The position numbers were made by a program, and so were the translations under genes. A DNA stretch of 63,044 nt, the filler included, from Asterionella formosa (taxonomy: Eukaryota): assembly GCA_002256025.1 (NCBI GenBank). It is 5 parts of 5 records of this genome, joined end to end, with 100 filler letters (N's around TTAATTAATTAA, not from the genome) between each part and the next. Parts side by side here need not be neighbours in the genome. Positions count along the whole stretch, not along the records: positions 15,008 to 29,897 come from NKIB01005688.1; positions 29,998 to 44,886 come from NKIB01005695.1; 3 more parts are not named here. One strand, given 5' to 3'. Under the pieces are notes generated by a model. That model did not search any database. It saw nothing but the letters and a program-made list of their open reading frames with translations, and had not been told where the DNA came from. Shown one piece after another: positions 24,965 to 36,545 of the stretch. How positions within the stretch are numbered: the stretch's first letter is position 1; the number at the start of each line of letters is the position of its first letter.

Positions 24965-27900
24965 CGTCTGCAAATAAAAAGACTATTCCACCACTGGAAA
25001 TCTCATCCTTTCGTCTGCAAATAAAAAGTATCATGCATATAGGATCAAGGGTATCGTACGCTAAGTGGCACAGGATTTTCGTATAGCTATGTGATAATTT
25101 CTGGATCAAAAATATGATCAAGGTATCTTGTAACTATGATGATTTATTAATATTTTACCGACCTTGAAGTATAATGATAATAAGAACATTACTATCATCA
25201 CACAATGTATAAAAACTGATCAACAACATTTCCCATCAATATCATAAACCTTCTCATATTATTTTCAATTCTCGTGATCGCCCGATGTAAATTATAACTA
25301 CAACGTATCCTAAAACCAGCTCAACTCTATGCTATCATGTGAATTGTTTCATCGTAAATCTATCGTAAACATGATCATAACTCTAATCACAAGCATTGTT
25401 CAAAATAGATTGAAATGGATCGTAATTTAACTATCAAATTAAGCAATGCTATCTAATAATCTACATGCCAGCAACCCAACGTTTCTCTCTCTACTCGGCT
25501 CAATGTATATTGTTCCTGTCTCACCCTTTTCTTCCTCTTTTCTGAATCTTGCGCCAAGCAATGCCTTACTAGTGTTGTGTCTCTCTCCCTGCTGTTAGTG
25601 TCATTCTGAACTCGCCGACTATTCCGTTGTTTGATCGGTTTTATTGTCCTATGCAAATACAATAACAATGAGAAGGAATGACTTTTTAGCTGGACATGTT
25701 ACACTGACACAACATCAAGCCATTCCATTGTATCCTCTTGCTTGCTTCACTTACCACAGCCAAATCAAAGCAAGTGATACATAAGTCTGTAATAGTAAAT
25801 TGTCAGTGAATTCTTGAATAAGTAAGTTTCGGGTATCCAATGTTGTCGAATAAAACTTACCGGTTCATTTTTGTCATCTTAACTTTGAGAGAAGGTAAAC
25901 GTTTTGTTAGTTTTGTTCCAACAGAAGTGAATAGGTCCAACGAGCGACAAGAGAACTTACGCAATTTGGTTTTGTTTTACATTGGTGCTCCCCAACAAGC
26001 GAAACGAGCAGTTGAATCAACTGAGAAAAAAGGAAATGTGCATTTAGTTAACAATTTGTTGTTGTCCTGCCTCCCAACGATTGTCATCCAAGTACCACTT
26101 TGATGGCTTCATTACCTTAAACATTCTCCATCCTTCGAAGGCGCAATGTGTCGAAGCCACAATGTTTCTCGTTATGTATTGCGTAAACTTTTTTTCTTGT
26201 CATCTGTTTTACTACAACGTATCTTTTCATGAAGCAGCAGGCATTGTTTGTTAACATGACAGAACGATTTCAAAAATATATATGCCATGAATATAGTAAT
26301 AAAATTTGTAAGTATATATATATATATATATATATAGTGTCATACATTTATAAAATTCAAAGGCGCTCTCGATATGGAACATCTGATATGGTTGAGATGA
26401 TCATACTCGCATATACATAATTCGAAAATACTCAATGCCTGCACCGGTATTATTTCTGAAATTTGTTTGCATCAATATTTTCTACATCCGTTGAAACTAA
26501 TTATTTAGACCATTCAATTGGTGTAAGTCATAACCGCCAGGGTTTTGGTAGCAAATTGTTTAAGCCCCTTTTTTGGGCGGGAGCTCTTCATGTGTACCGG
26601 TACATGACAATAACAATATATCATATATATATACAGAGTACCAGTAACAGGTAGTAATTTATATACTGGGGGTGGTCGGAGTAGTAAACTAGCAACAGAA
26701 CACCATATGTTCAAAAATTAAAAACCTATAGAACACCATATGTTCAGGACTGTTGCTACTGTGGTGGGACAGTAAATCATCATAGTTTTAGGATCGTATG
26801 ATTGTAAAACTAAAAACCAATAGAACACCATATGTTCAGGACTGTTGCTACTGCAGTGGGACAGTAAATCATCATAGTTTTAGGATCGTATGATTGTAAA
26901 ACTAAAAACCAATAGTCGGAGTAATAAGCAAGCAACAGAACACCATATGTCTATGACTGCTGATACTATATTAACTGTTGACTTTAACTATATACATTGA
27001 ACGACAAACATATATATTAATTAACATACTTTATGATTGCTTGATTTATTTTCTATGATGTCTTGGTAACACTTGCGTACATATTTTATCGTTTTTTATT
27101 GTCATTGTACTATTTTAACATAATCATATTTTGATCAAAATTATATCATATACATTCTAAGAAATCATCACAGTTCTATGATCAATGTATCATAGCTATG
27201 TAATGAACTTTTATTCAATATTACGTATCATACTTTGGTGATGTAAGCATCGATGTAACCCTATCATGATATCACATTATCATCTTTTCAATCATGATGA
27301 GATGATTGGGAAGCAGCTGTATTATGCATTGTGCTACGGGGTATATCATTATATCACACAATTTAGTAGCTAACAAGTGGCTCCGCCTGTAATGTACAAA
27401 AGTTGACAGTGCACATACTCACACGCTAATCAGGTTTGAGGAAACGGACAGTGGTTCCAACGAGCGAATAATGATACCACAAGTACCAATTTTTCCAGCG
27501 TAAGAACTTGTCTCTCTATTGATGAGGATGACACGGACACCGACTTTTCCAGGAGCAAACAACAATGAAGAGACGCACCCACTTGTCGCTCTATTGATGT
27601 TAACAAAGATGCGGACAAGCTCAACAGTGAATACAAGAACAACATATCAATGAAAACAAGTCGACAGTGTGTGTACGCACACGCCAAGTAGGTTTGAGGC
27701 AACAGACAATTCCAACGAGCAAATGACGATACAGATATCAAATTTTTCCTACGAGCAAACAACAATGAAAAGAGCCACTTGCTTTCGCTCTCTTGATGGT
27801 ATCAAAGATGCAGACAAGTTCAATATTTAATTCAAGTACAGTATGCCAAATGCAGAAACGAGCGAGCGATATGAAAATAAATTCTAATCAGAATCATTCT

Positions 27901-28543
27901 ATGACTATAGCTATGTGGACAGTAGTCTGTTACGCACATTTTCGTATCTCCTTCTATGCTGAATCTCAATAGTAGATGTAGTATCATGTGAGAATTGAAT
28001 ATGTCAAAGAGAACAAGTAGAATGTGTTTGTTTTCGGGTTGATTGGCGAAATTGTCATGCTGAAGTCGACGAAACGGATTTACTTTGTGTCCTGTGTGCG
28101 GGACCATTACGAGTTCGAATGATTTCTTCTCTCCTGTAAACTCTTAATTGAATGATTATGAACAAAGGTTCACTTCACATGACTATAACTCGAAGATATA
28201 ATGACCACTTGACCAACAAAATTGAAGACGTTATCGCAAACATTCATTCCGCTTGCCATCGCTAGTATTTCGTTGTTGTTGCAAAAATCGGAGTGATGAC
28301 GGATGGAAATGACGAGCCAAATTACATTTCTTGAACTGGTACATTATCCTACCAAGAAATTCGAATACAGGAATCAAATAGAAACACTACATACAATAAT
28401 TAAATATATGTAGTCAAAAGGGTTACTATTTAAATTACAAAGGCATTTATCAAAATCATTAGATGATATAACGAAATATTATGATCAGATGATCACAATC
28501 CTATGATGCATCATGGAAATATGATAGTTTTTATTTGCAGACG
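24965..28543. mobile_element. ~3.58-kb non-autonomous TIR DNA transposon (CGTCTGCAAATAAAAA termini, 2-bp TSD AC)
   Basis: Inverted termini at 24965 and 28543 with AC duplicated; removal restores the Copia gag frame AGGEPFSDS|TVMRL. Extra left TIR at 25012. No recognisable transposase. Confidence 0.88.
26729..26914. repeat. 92-bp tandem duplication (2 copies)
   Basis: GAACACCATATGTTCAGGACTG... at 26731 and 26823; partial copies at ~26697 and ~26937. Confidence 0.9.
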
Positions 28544-29314
28544 ACTGTCAGAGAAAGGTTCCCCACCAGCATCGGCAATGGTGGCACGAAGATGTGCATT
28601 TGATGCAGATCCATAAATGTTCAATAGGTTCCTCTGCTGCTGGTGTCCAAGCATCAGCCAAACGCATGCGATTAAGTTCTAAATCATCTGCACTCAATGT
28701 TGCATATGCAGATTCTAAGTGAGCAAGCAAGGTCATAACAGTGATGTCGGCATATCCAAATGTAGCATCTTCCAGAACGTTGTAGTAAGTAGGGTCAATG
28801 GCTGTTAAAATTTGTTGCCAGAGAATTTCATGGATTTGGGAGTAACGGCGGAATGTGTCAAGGGAGGTGTCAAAGAGACGGTTGGCAGCAGTGATTTGGG
28901 ACTGTGTTGAAGTAGCACTGTGTGGCGGCTGGGTGCTGGGATGTTTGGGCGGTAGATAGGGTTCACCAGCATGTAAGAGATAAGGAGCAGCAGCCATGAC
29001 GATACCAAGGAAACCATTGGCACCACCACCACTGGTACAGTGGACAGAGTGAGCGTTGGCATTCCTTGCGAAGGCGGGTTATAGTGAGGGCTGTAGGTTT
29101 GCCCTCGATCGGTGTCAAGAGCGATTGGGGAATGGGAAAACAGCAGAAACAAGTGGAGTCGCCATGGTGGAAGAAGGCCTGAGGGACACAGGGAAAGCGA
29201 ACAGGCAAGCAGTGTTTCACAGTTGATTGTTGAAAACAGTGCTGGTTTGCACCAACAACAAGAGCCACAATGTCACAGGTGCGGACAAGGGAGAAAAAAC
29301 AGATGTTATAGTTC

Positions 29315-29487
29315 TGTTGAGGGTAACCTTGTTGTGAATAAAGGTGAACTACAATATTATGACTATTCTTTTGCTGTTTCGAGTACATCGTTGTTAGCAC
29401 TCACGCATGTACCTACCGGTCATCTGGTGGCTGCGCCGGTATGGTTTGGACGGCGCATCTATGGAGCATCATATGCAGATATTAACA
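29315..29487 (-). repeat. 5' LTR (173 bp)
   Basis: Direct repeat of 23224-23390 with a 6-bp insertion. Confidence 0.93.
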
Positions 29488-29897
29488 GCATAACGGAATA
29501 CCGGTAGCCTATAATTGGTTATTCCAGGTACCGTTACACAAGTACAGGTACATCATGCCAGTACATTCGTGATATGCTATGCAGGAGCTGCAGGTCTCAG
29601 GTTTACCTGGCACTGTACATGGTACCTGGTACCTGGTACCAGGTACCGTATACCGTTGATCACGTTCGATTGTGCTATTAAATGGCCTTTGTTAGTACGG
29701 TACGAGAAAACATATGAGGTAGGTTACCAGTTACCTGGTACTCCTACCAGGTACCATCAATTCCGGCAAGATCATAAATGCCGGCGCTACCGGGTACTCG
29801 TCCATCTATCTACTCCTTCCCGACTCGACTGAACCACATTAGCACCCTGACTACCGGCGATAACATAGACTGGATGATGATCGCGGCCTTGGGAAGA

Positions 29898-29997
29898 NNN
29901 NNNNNNNNNNNNNNNNNNNNNNNNNNNNNNNNNNNNNNNNNTTAATTAATTAANNNNNNNNNNNNNNNNNNNNNNNNNNNNNNNNNNNNNNNNNNNN
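29898..29997. other. Artificial contig linker
   Basis: N44-TTAATTAATTAA-N44. Confidence 0.98.
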
Positions 29998-30514
29998 ATA
30001 CAGTGGTCTCCACATCAACAGTTGTTGTTTGCGTTTGTGTGACTGGTTCCATACTATGCGGTTCCATTTGCCTTGCTTGTAGCATCTTCAGGGAGATTCA
30101 AATGACTGATCTGTAGTAACAAATACACAAAAACACTTGGGAGTTATAAGATCGCCAAGTATAACTTTCTGTCTGGTGCTGTATAATTGTATCAATGGTG
30201 TTGCTTGGACGATGTACGCAGCCAGCATAAAATTGAAGGAATAGTATATGCCATTAATATTATCACTGGTGCCTTGCCTTGCAGGCTTATTTTCGGTTAT
30301 TTTATTAGTAACAACGGAAATGATACCCGCGTGAAAATGTCAGTATCACTGATACTGTTTTTGGAGGGGGCAAAAAAGGTATCAATTTTGTATCAATGAT
30401 ACAAAATTGATACCATCAAGTTACCGTTGCTGATACCGTGTTTTGATACCAACCGTCACTTTTTGCCCGCAACCCGGAAATGATACAGCAAATTCGGAAT
30501 GATAAGAACGACCC
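29998..30514. mobile_element. End of a PIF/Harbinger-like element
   Basis: Terminus GAATGATAAGAACGACCC followed by TTA, matching 41047-41064; multiple TGATAC/GTATCA subterminal motifs; perfect 18-bp-arm palindrome at 30378-30414. Confidence 0.65.
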
Positions 30515-30610
30515 TTAAGAAACTTTTTTCGATAATTTTAGTCGGAAGAAGGAGTTATTGAACGTTGACTCTCAGTTTTTAGGTGGTACCAGGTACCAGG
30601 TACCAGGGTA

Positions 30611-30709
30611 CCTGGCAAGTTACGGTAATTTTGCTGAAACTAACAATTAATATGGGATAAAGATAGCTAAACCTTTTTAGTTTCTGCAAAATTACCGCAA
30701 CTTACCTGG
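30611..30709. mobile_element. 99-bp MITE, TA-flanked, CCWGG termini (Tc1/mariner-type)
   Basis: 33-bp arms CCTGGCAAGTTACGGTAATTTTGCTGAAACTAA / TTAGTTTCTGCAAAATTACCGCAACTTACCTGG (4 mismatches), TA on both sides. Confidence 0.75.
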
Positions 30710-31035
30710 TAACGGTTACCAGGTACTCCGAGCACCAGGTACCAGGTACCAGTACCTACTCCTACTCCAGTACCAGGTACGGCATAAGTACTAACTAACG
30801 TTATTTTGTTGAATACTTGATGAAGCAAGCACACAAATATTGTGCAGGAATTGACAACCAGACAGACACACAAACAAGAAGTTGAGGAGAAAGATCCCGA
30901 TGAGCGGCTGTCAAACTACAAAATGTTTCGCACGTTACCAGCGGTTCCGTAAGACCTACACCGAGATCGAGAAAGACGCGTGATGGATGTTTCTTCATTC
31001 TCTCACTATTCAAGTCAAATAAATCTCTTGCCACC

Positions 31036-31702
31036 ATGATGAAGCAAATCTTTGCCCTCCTTGCCCTTTTCGCCTCGGCTTCTGCTTTCACTCCTGTCTC
31101 ACAGACTGGTATGTTCATCAAGATCATTTTCACGTTATGTCACGTTCAAGCCTTTGCCGGCAGTTCATTGTTGATGCATGAATTCGTGTTGACGGCGGAA
31201 GGACCTCGTAGTGGACGTACAAGGGCTACGTGACTGTCGAATCCTGCTGTCGAAAACGATATCATGTTCTTCGGGCAGTCAGAGCGACGAATACGTTCTT
31301 TTTTGCTGAGGAATCGAATTCTGCGCCTGTCAATTACTTTGTAGCTATGATTCTGCTACTTACTTATAGTTGATGCTTTGACTCACCTCGTGTCCTTCCT
31401 TCGCATTAGCTTTCGGAGTTGCCAAGTCTTCCGCCCTCTCTATGGCCTTCAAGGCCCCGGAGATGAGCAAGGGAGTTATGGCCGCTGCTGCCGGTTTCGT
31501 CCCTGCCATCCTTTCGTCCACTGCTGCTGTTGCCACTGAAGGGACTGGAGAATGGTTCGGAGTTGACGACCTTCGCCTTCTTGCCGTCCTTTTTGTTGGA
31601 CACTTGGCCATTCTTACTCTTTGGCTTCAGCAATACGGAGGATATGATGAGGCCGAAGACTTTTTCGGTGAGATCGACTACACTGGCAATGGTCGCAAGT
31701 AA
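31036..31702 (+). CDS. psbW: Photosystem II subunit PsbW, nuclear-encoded plastid precursor (~121 aa); exons 31036-31108, 31410-31702
   Basis: Signal peptide + ASAFTP motif, transit peptide, hydrophobic domain ending AVA. Mature TEGTGEWFG.. + one TM + acidic tail, like plant PsbW (STEGTGLPFG). The GT-AG intron keeps frame. Confidence 0.82.
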
Positions 31703-32009
31703 GCCTTGTTCACAAACGATTTGCTATTATAGAAAATGAATTTCATTACGTTTTGGCAAGTCTGTATAACTTTTTCTAGGCAAAATGTTACTACATCGGG
31801 AATGAATCATCCCACTTTTCGTACTGATACGGTATCTCGACAGTGAATAGTTATGTATGTACATTGAAGAAATAATATTCACCAATAATTGTTAAGTACC
31901 GGTAGACTTCTCGTGATGAATTAAATTTTTTAATTTTCTTCACTACCGGTATGGTTAAATCAAAAAGTTACATTAAAAAATGGAAGAAAATCAAAGTTTT
32001 CCGTTGACC

Positions 32010-32565
32010 ATGTCGCTATCACGCAAGAGGGGACAAATGGTCCAGAGAATTATTGATCCGCAATGGTTTCCCAGATCAAGTGATGAGTTTGAATCAAGGT
32101 GAGCGACTGCACCAGACTAAAAATTATTGAAAAATTTAAAATCCGTCGAAATGGAAGTGCACTCCGACGATGCTTTTCGTCTTACGACCACAAGTGCATG
32201 CACCCTTTCACACCGCACTTTGTTTCCTTTACAGAATCGATCTGATTGAACGGAATGAAGATGCATATGCGGCGAAGCAACGGAGTTTGGCTCAAGTCCA
32301 AGCTTTAGCACCAATTGGAGTGACTCCTGCGATCATGGCTAAGATTGAGAAACAGATTCACGACGGTCCAGACGAAGGCAGAAAACCAGCCAAGGAATAC
32401 TTTTGGAATCGAAACATTGTCAATGACACGATGGAAGAGGATTCTGTACAAAGCACTTATCGAATGGAAACTCCAAAGAGTCGAACCAGTGAAGGTGCTT
32501 CCTTCAGTTTAGAGACTCCAGGTTCACAAGACAGCACCGAGATGGTGATGTTGGACGACCCCTGA
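32010..32565 (+). CDS. Small protein (~139 aa), APC15-like candidate; exons 32010-32098, 32235-32565
   Basis: The GTGAG...ACAG intron keeps frame. RIIDPQWF...E...SLA....LAPIG followed by an acidic tail resembles ANAPC15 (RVTETLWF...LVPIG). Confidence 0.55.
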
Positions 32566-32972
32566 GTTCTCTCAACATATCAGCGCGAAGCTGGAAGTTC
32601 TTCGCTGTCTCCAAACATACTTGCTTTTGCTTGTGTCTGGCTTTATTTGCTGACGCGGACCTGTCCCTGAATACAGCCCTACAACCCACAACACACATTC
32701 AAGGCCTACCGTAACCTCTTCCTACACATAGCAGAGCCCACACATAATAAAATCTAATATATCCAAATCACTATGTAACAAACTCTCAGTGGAACGACGG
32801 AGACACAAGATGTGATGAATAGATGACAGAAAGCGGCAAATGGTTAAAGGTGGGCCCGCCCGGGAATATTTCAATGTTGATGGACGAAATCTACGAACTC
32901 ATACTATTCCTCAATCCATATGGTTGTGATGTATAGTCGCTTGTGTTGACAGAATCTTCAGCCAAGGTTGCT

Positions 32973-34975
32973 TTAATCTCGATTAGGTGATGACGTGTAG
33001 ACAGATCCAGACGCCAATGTAGCTTGTTCTGGATCGTTATGATCTGTGGTGGCGTAAGGTGCCGAAGCTGATTCTGCAAAACTGGATTGATCTCCATAAG
33101 GATCGACTGGTTTTGTTTCATTATCTCCAACACCATAATCTTCTTGATATTCAGATGATGATCCTGGAATCATGTGGGGATAAATTTGTTCAGGATACTC
33201 CTCGTCTTCAAAATTGAGCTCTTTGGCTTCAGCTGCCATTGCCGGATCAAGCACGTCCTGCCACGCACTCCGCAACATGATCATGATAAGTCCCATAGTC
33301 CCGACCACCAAGAAAGCTGAAAAGCACCAAGTCACTCCTGTGATAGAGTACGTACATGTTCCCCCGTAAAACGTTGTTACGTAAAGTGGGGCAACATTTG
33401 AGCAACGCAAGAGCTCCACCAGTTGCAAGACGTCATTTGCCAGTGAAATCACATCATTCTTCATGTCAGTGACAGCCGCTTGAAAGGCATAAACTGTGTC
33501 ACCGCAGAAGGACTCAAGTGCAGGAAACACCGGTGAAGTCGCATTTGTGCTTTGAATCATCGAGAGTGACAAAACCTCGATAATGTTCTGGGACGAGGCT
33601 AACTTGGTAGCGTACTCATCAAGATAAGCCAGGGGGTTTTGAGAGATACATTGCTATATATATATATAGGTGTTAACCAAGCGTGTATATGATCTTGACA
33701 GCATTAGGGAATGTATACGTACCTCAATATAGAACAACGCAATTTGGTACTCCAAATCTTGCTCGGAGTACCCTTGTGTCGCCAAGATGTTAGTGATTGT
33801 GCCAGTGGGAGAGACCTGTTGGCCGCCGGAGCAGAAATCTGAAAAGTTGTGTATTTCAGGACAAAGTTCTTCATGAAGCAAGGCACTTAGTGTTGAAACT
33901 TACCAGCATTGCCACTTGCGCCCATCATGACCAGGCTGCTTACCAAGTAGGCGAAAAAAACCTGAAAGACAAAGATGGGCAAAACAAACCAGGTCAACAA
34001 GCACCGGTACCTTGTATTTAGTTTTTCAAACCACGCCATTACCACTCCTACCAACAATATGGTAGGGAAGACAATGTATGGAATTAGAATAATCAACGAC
34101 TGCCAGTCCTTGATCGCAATATTTTGAGTTTGCTCATTAGCGTTGTCGGTTATCGTGGTCGCCGAGTCGGCAACTGCCTGGAGATCCTTTGTCTGGTTAC
34201 CCAAAAAATCGCCAAGTTGAGCAGTTGCAGCAACTGCAGAGGTAACCCATGTAGAATAATTTTCCCCGGTACTGTTCAATAGGTACTCCAACACCGTTTC
34301 ATTGTTCAAACAAAAAGTTGGATCATTCTTAAAAGCTCGGAGCGTTTTTCGGGTACCAGTTGCGCTTTCTGCAGTCATCAGGAGAGAATCGAACACACTA
34401 TTGGCAGTATCGGTGATGTTCGCAAGTCCACTAGTGCCAGCTTGCACTGTGCGTACAGTTGATCTAATGTTTGTTAACCCTTGCGTAACAAAGAGAACAC
34501 TGAAAACAATCACCAGGATGCCACAAATGAGAAAAATAACTCGGACAATGAAAGGACGCTTGTACTCCTTGGTCAAATTAGTAGGTCTAATAAAGGGCCC
34601 TCCAGCTAAGAACCCCACACGACGGGGTCCCAGGCATTTGAACACTAGAATAACAAGGGACCAGAAAAGGAAGATGGCCAAGCAAACGATCCCAGCGTAG
34701 ATCAGTCCTTCGAAATAATCAGTGGCCTGTTGCTTAGTGCCAAAGAGCAGAGCGAAGTTATTCGGATGTCCAAATCGCGGCGTGTTTCGCATGGCTAAGG
34801 TCGCCGAGGTCTGTTTGGAGTACGAAGAAGTAAACGTGAGTCAAACGGTTTAATAACTTCGGGATGAAGGAGGCACACCGATCTGTGTTGCATAGAAGCT
34901 AAAGGGCGCAGCCAAACCAAAAAAGGAAGACAGGATGATACGGCACAAACTTACCGGTTCGTAAGGAATCGCCAT
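32973..34975 (-). CDS. Tweety-like five-TM membrane protein, paralog 1 (~574 aa); exons 34975-34955, 34810-33904, 33838-33723, 33653-32973
   Basis: Canonical introns keep frame. TM1-TM2, N-glycosylation-rich loop, TM3-TM4, NADFC, QC..NP, C....Y......C, TM5, acidic tail: Tweety/prominin topology. Confidence 0.8.
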
Positions 34976-36129
34976 CGTTCAATGGAGGAACTTAACGTCA
35001 ATGTGTTGACTTTGCAATGGTATTGGATTGATCAATTGCGCACGATTAATTGTTGTATGCACCTGATAAAAAAGATAAGCAATCATGGGAATGGGACGAT
35101 TGAGTATCAATTATATTTTCGGCCTTATTAAACCTCACACAAGCGAGATCGCGAGGGAGCAACAGCCACAAGCACAACCAGCCATCAGAACACAAGCAGA
35201 AGCAAACAAACGATCGCCGCTTTTAAATATCTATATCTATATTTGAGGAGTTGCATATGCATTCTTTCGCGACAGTACCTGTGGTAAATATTCCCATGAA
35301 AGTAAATACGTAAATGCCCTAGATACCGGGACACGAGTACATTGTTAGATCAGTTCAAGAAGACTATGTTATACGAATAATCCTTTTTGTGTCATTAGGA
35401 CTACCGTATGATATATTTATTCGGATGGCCAACATATACTTCATACACTCATAGAAAGATGTCCCACCTAGGACATCAATTGAGAACCCCAGGATTCGAG
35501 CTAGTAGTGCATGCCTACATAACGGCAAATAACAACTACATCGAGAAAACAGGTACCGGTATATAGATAAAATATACTATATCGTGTCGTGCTGCTTGTT
35601 CCTCGTGCCAGGTGGGACTGGTAACTGATACCAGGGTACCGGTACCTGGTAGTCTACCTAGATTTCGAATTACCGGTACATTCGTTAATACGAGAAGACT
35701 AATGCAGAAGCGGTACATTTTATGGCTGATATTACTACCGGTACTTGAACAACTGCATGTTACTACCCTTTGTAATGACGACATCAAAACATTCCTTACA
35801 ATGCTGTCAGCGGAAATTGGCAAGATATTCAAAGACATGAAACGAAACTATCCATGTAGTAGTCTACATACCTGATAGGAGGCCCCATAAGGGTATTCTA
35901 ATATTCTAATAGCAGTGCCTGATGGTACCAACAAGGCAGGGTTTGTAATTGTTAGCTAAACTTCCTACTTTGTACACAGGAACTACTCGTGTAGGGACCA
36001 AAAGATGATTTACTGGGTTTGCTTTAGTTAGCCCATGAGTGCATTGTCATCCACCATGCCACACATGTTACAAGATGCAGGATTTTTTTGCCTACTACAT
36101 CAATAATCAAATTGCCACATTTTAATTTC

Positions 36130-36545
36130 CTGCAGGCAACATTGTCCATATTGATGAGACAAACATCAATTTTGACATGTTTTGATCAAGGACTTTGGCT
36201 ATCTGTGGCAAAAGGACCATTGAGGTTCGAACAACAGATAATTCAAATCATTGCACAGTGTTGTTAGTAGGTGTGACAATGAGCCAGTCATTGTATTAAC
36301 AGGAGCAAGGAATGGACATATTGCCAGGCAATTAACAACTTCTCTGTTCAGTTCTAAAAATGCTTGCCAATCCAACTCTTGGGTTGATACAGAAATAATT
36401 TCTGATAAGATTTTTTATATTCTAATGTCTAGTCCTGAATCTGAATATCCTCCACCACAAGTAGGAATAAACAAGCAAACATCCCCAAGGTGGTTGTTGC
36501 TTTTTGTCCTTTGGCAGCATTCTCACTACAATCATATAGCTCAAT
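36130..36545 (+). mobile_element. pogo-like (DDE_1) transposase remnant
   Basis: IVHIDETNINFDM...RTIEVRTT...CTVLL with stops and frameshifts. Confidence 0.5.

Larger units (their letters stand above)
23224..29487 (-). mobile_element. CoDi-like Copia element with both LTRs and a 5-bp TSD, internally deleted and interrupted by a TIR element
   Basis: LTRs 23224-23390 and 29315-29487 (TGTT...AACA), with GCATA on both flanks. Gag 29152-24633 with YCWTHG; protease IADSG; SLLSIGQLCD; KGHLDQTRQN. Then an abrupt jump to the RNase H tail DMRYYW...ADYFTEHHP. Confidence 0.95.

Noticed and set aside
29515..29832. VPGT/WYLVPG-rich ORFs (also 39593-39895, 41155-41436)
   Set aside because: Translations of stop-poor GGTACC(W) repeat DNA, not protein-like
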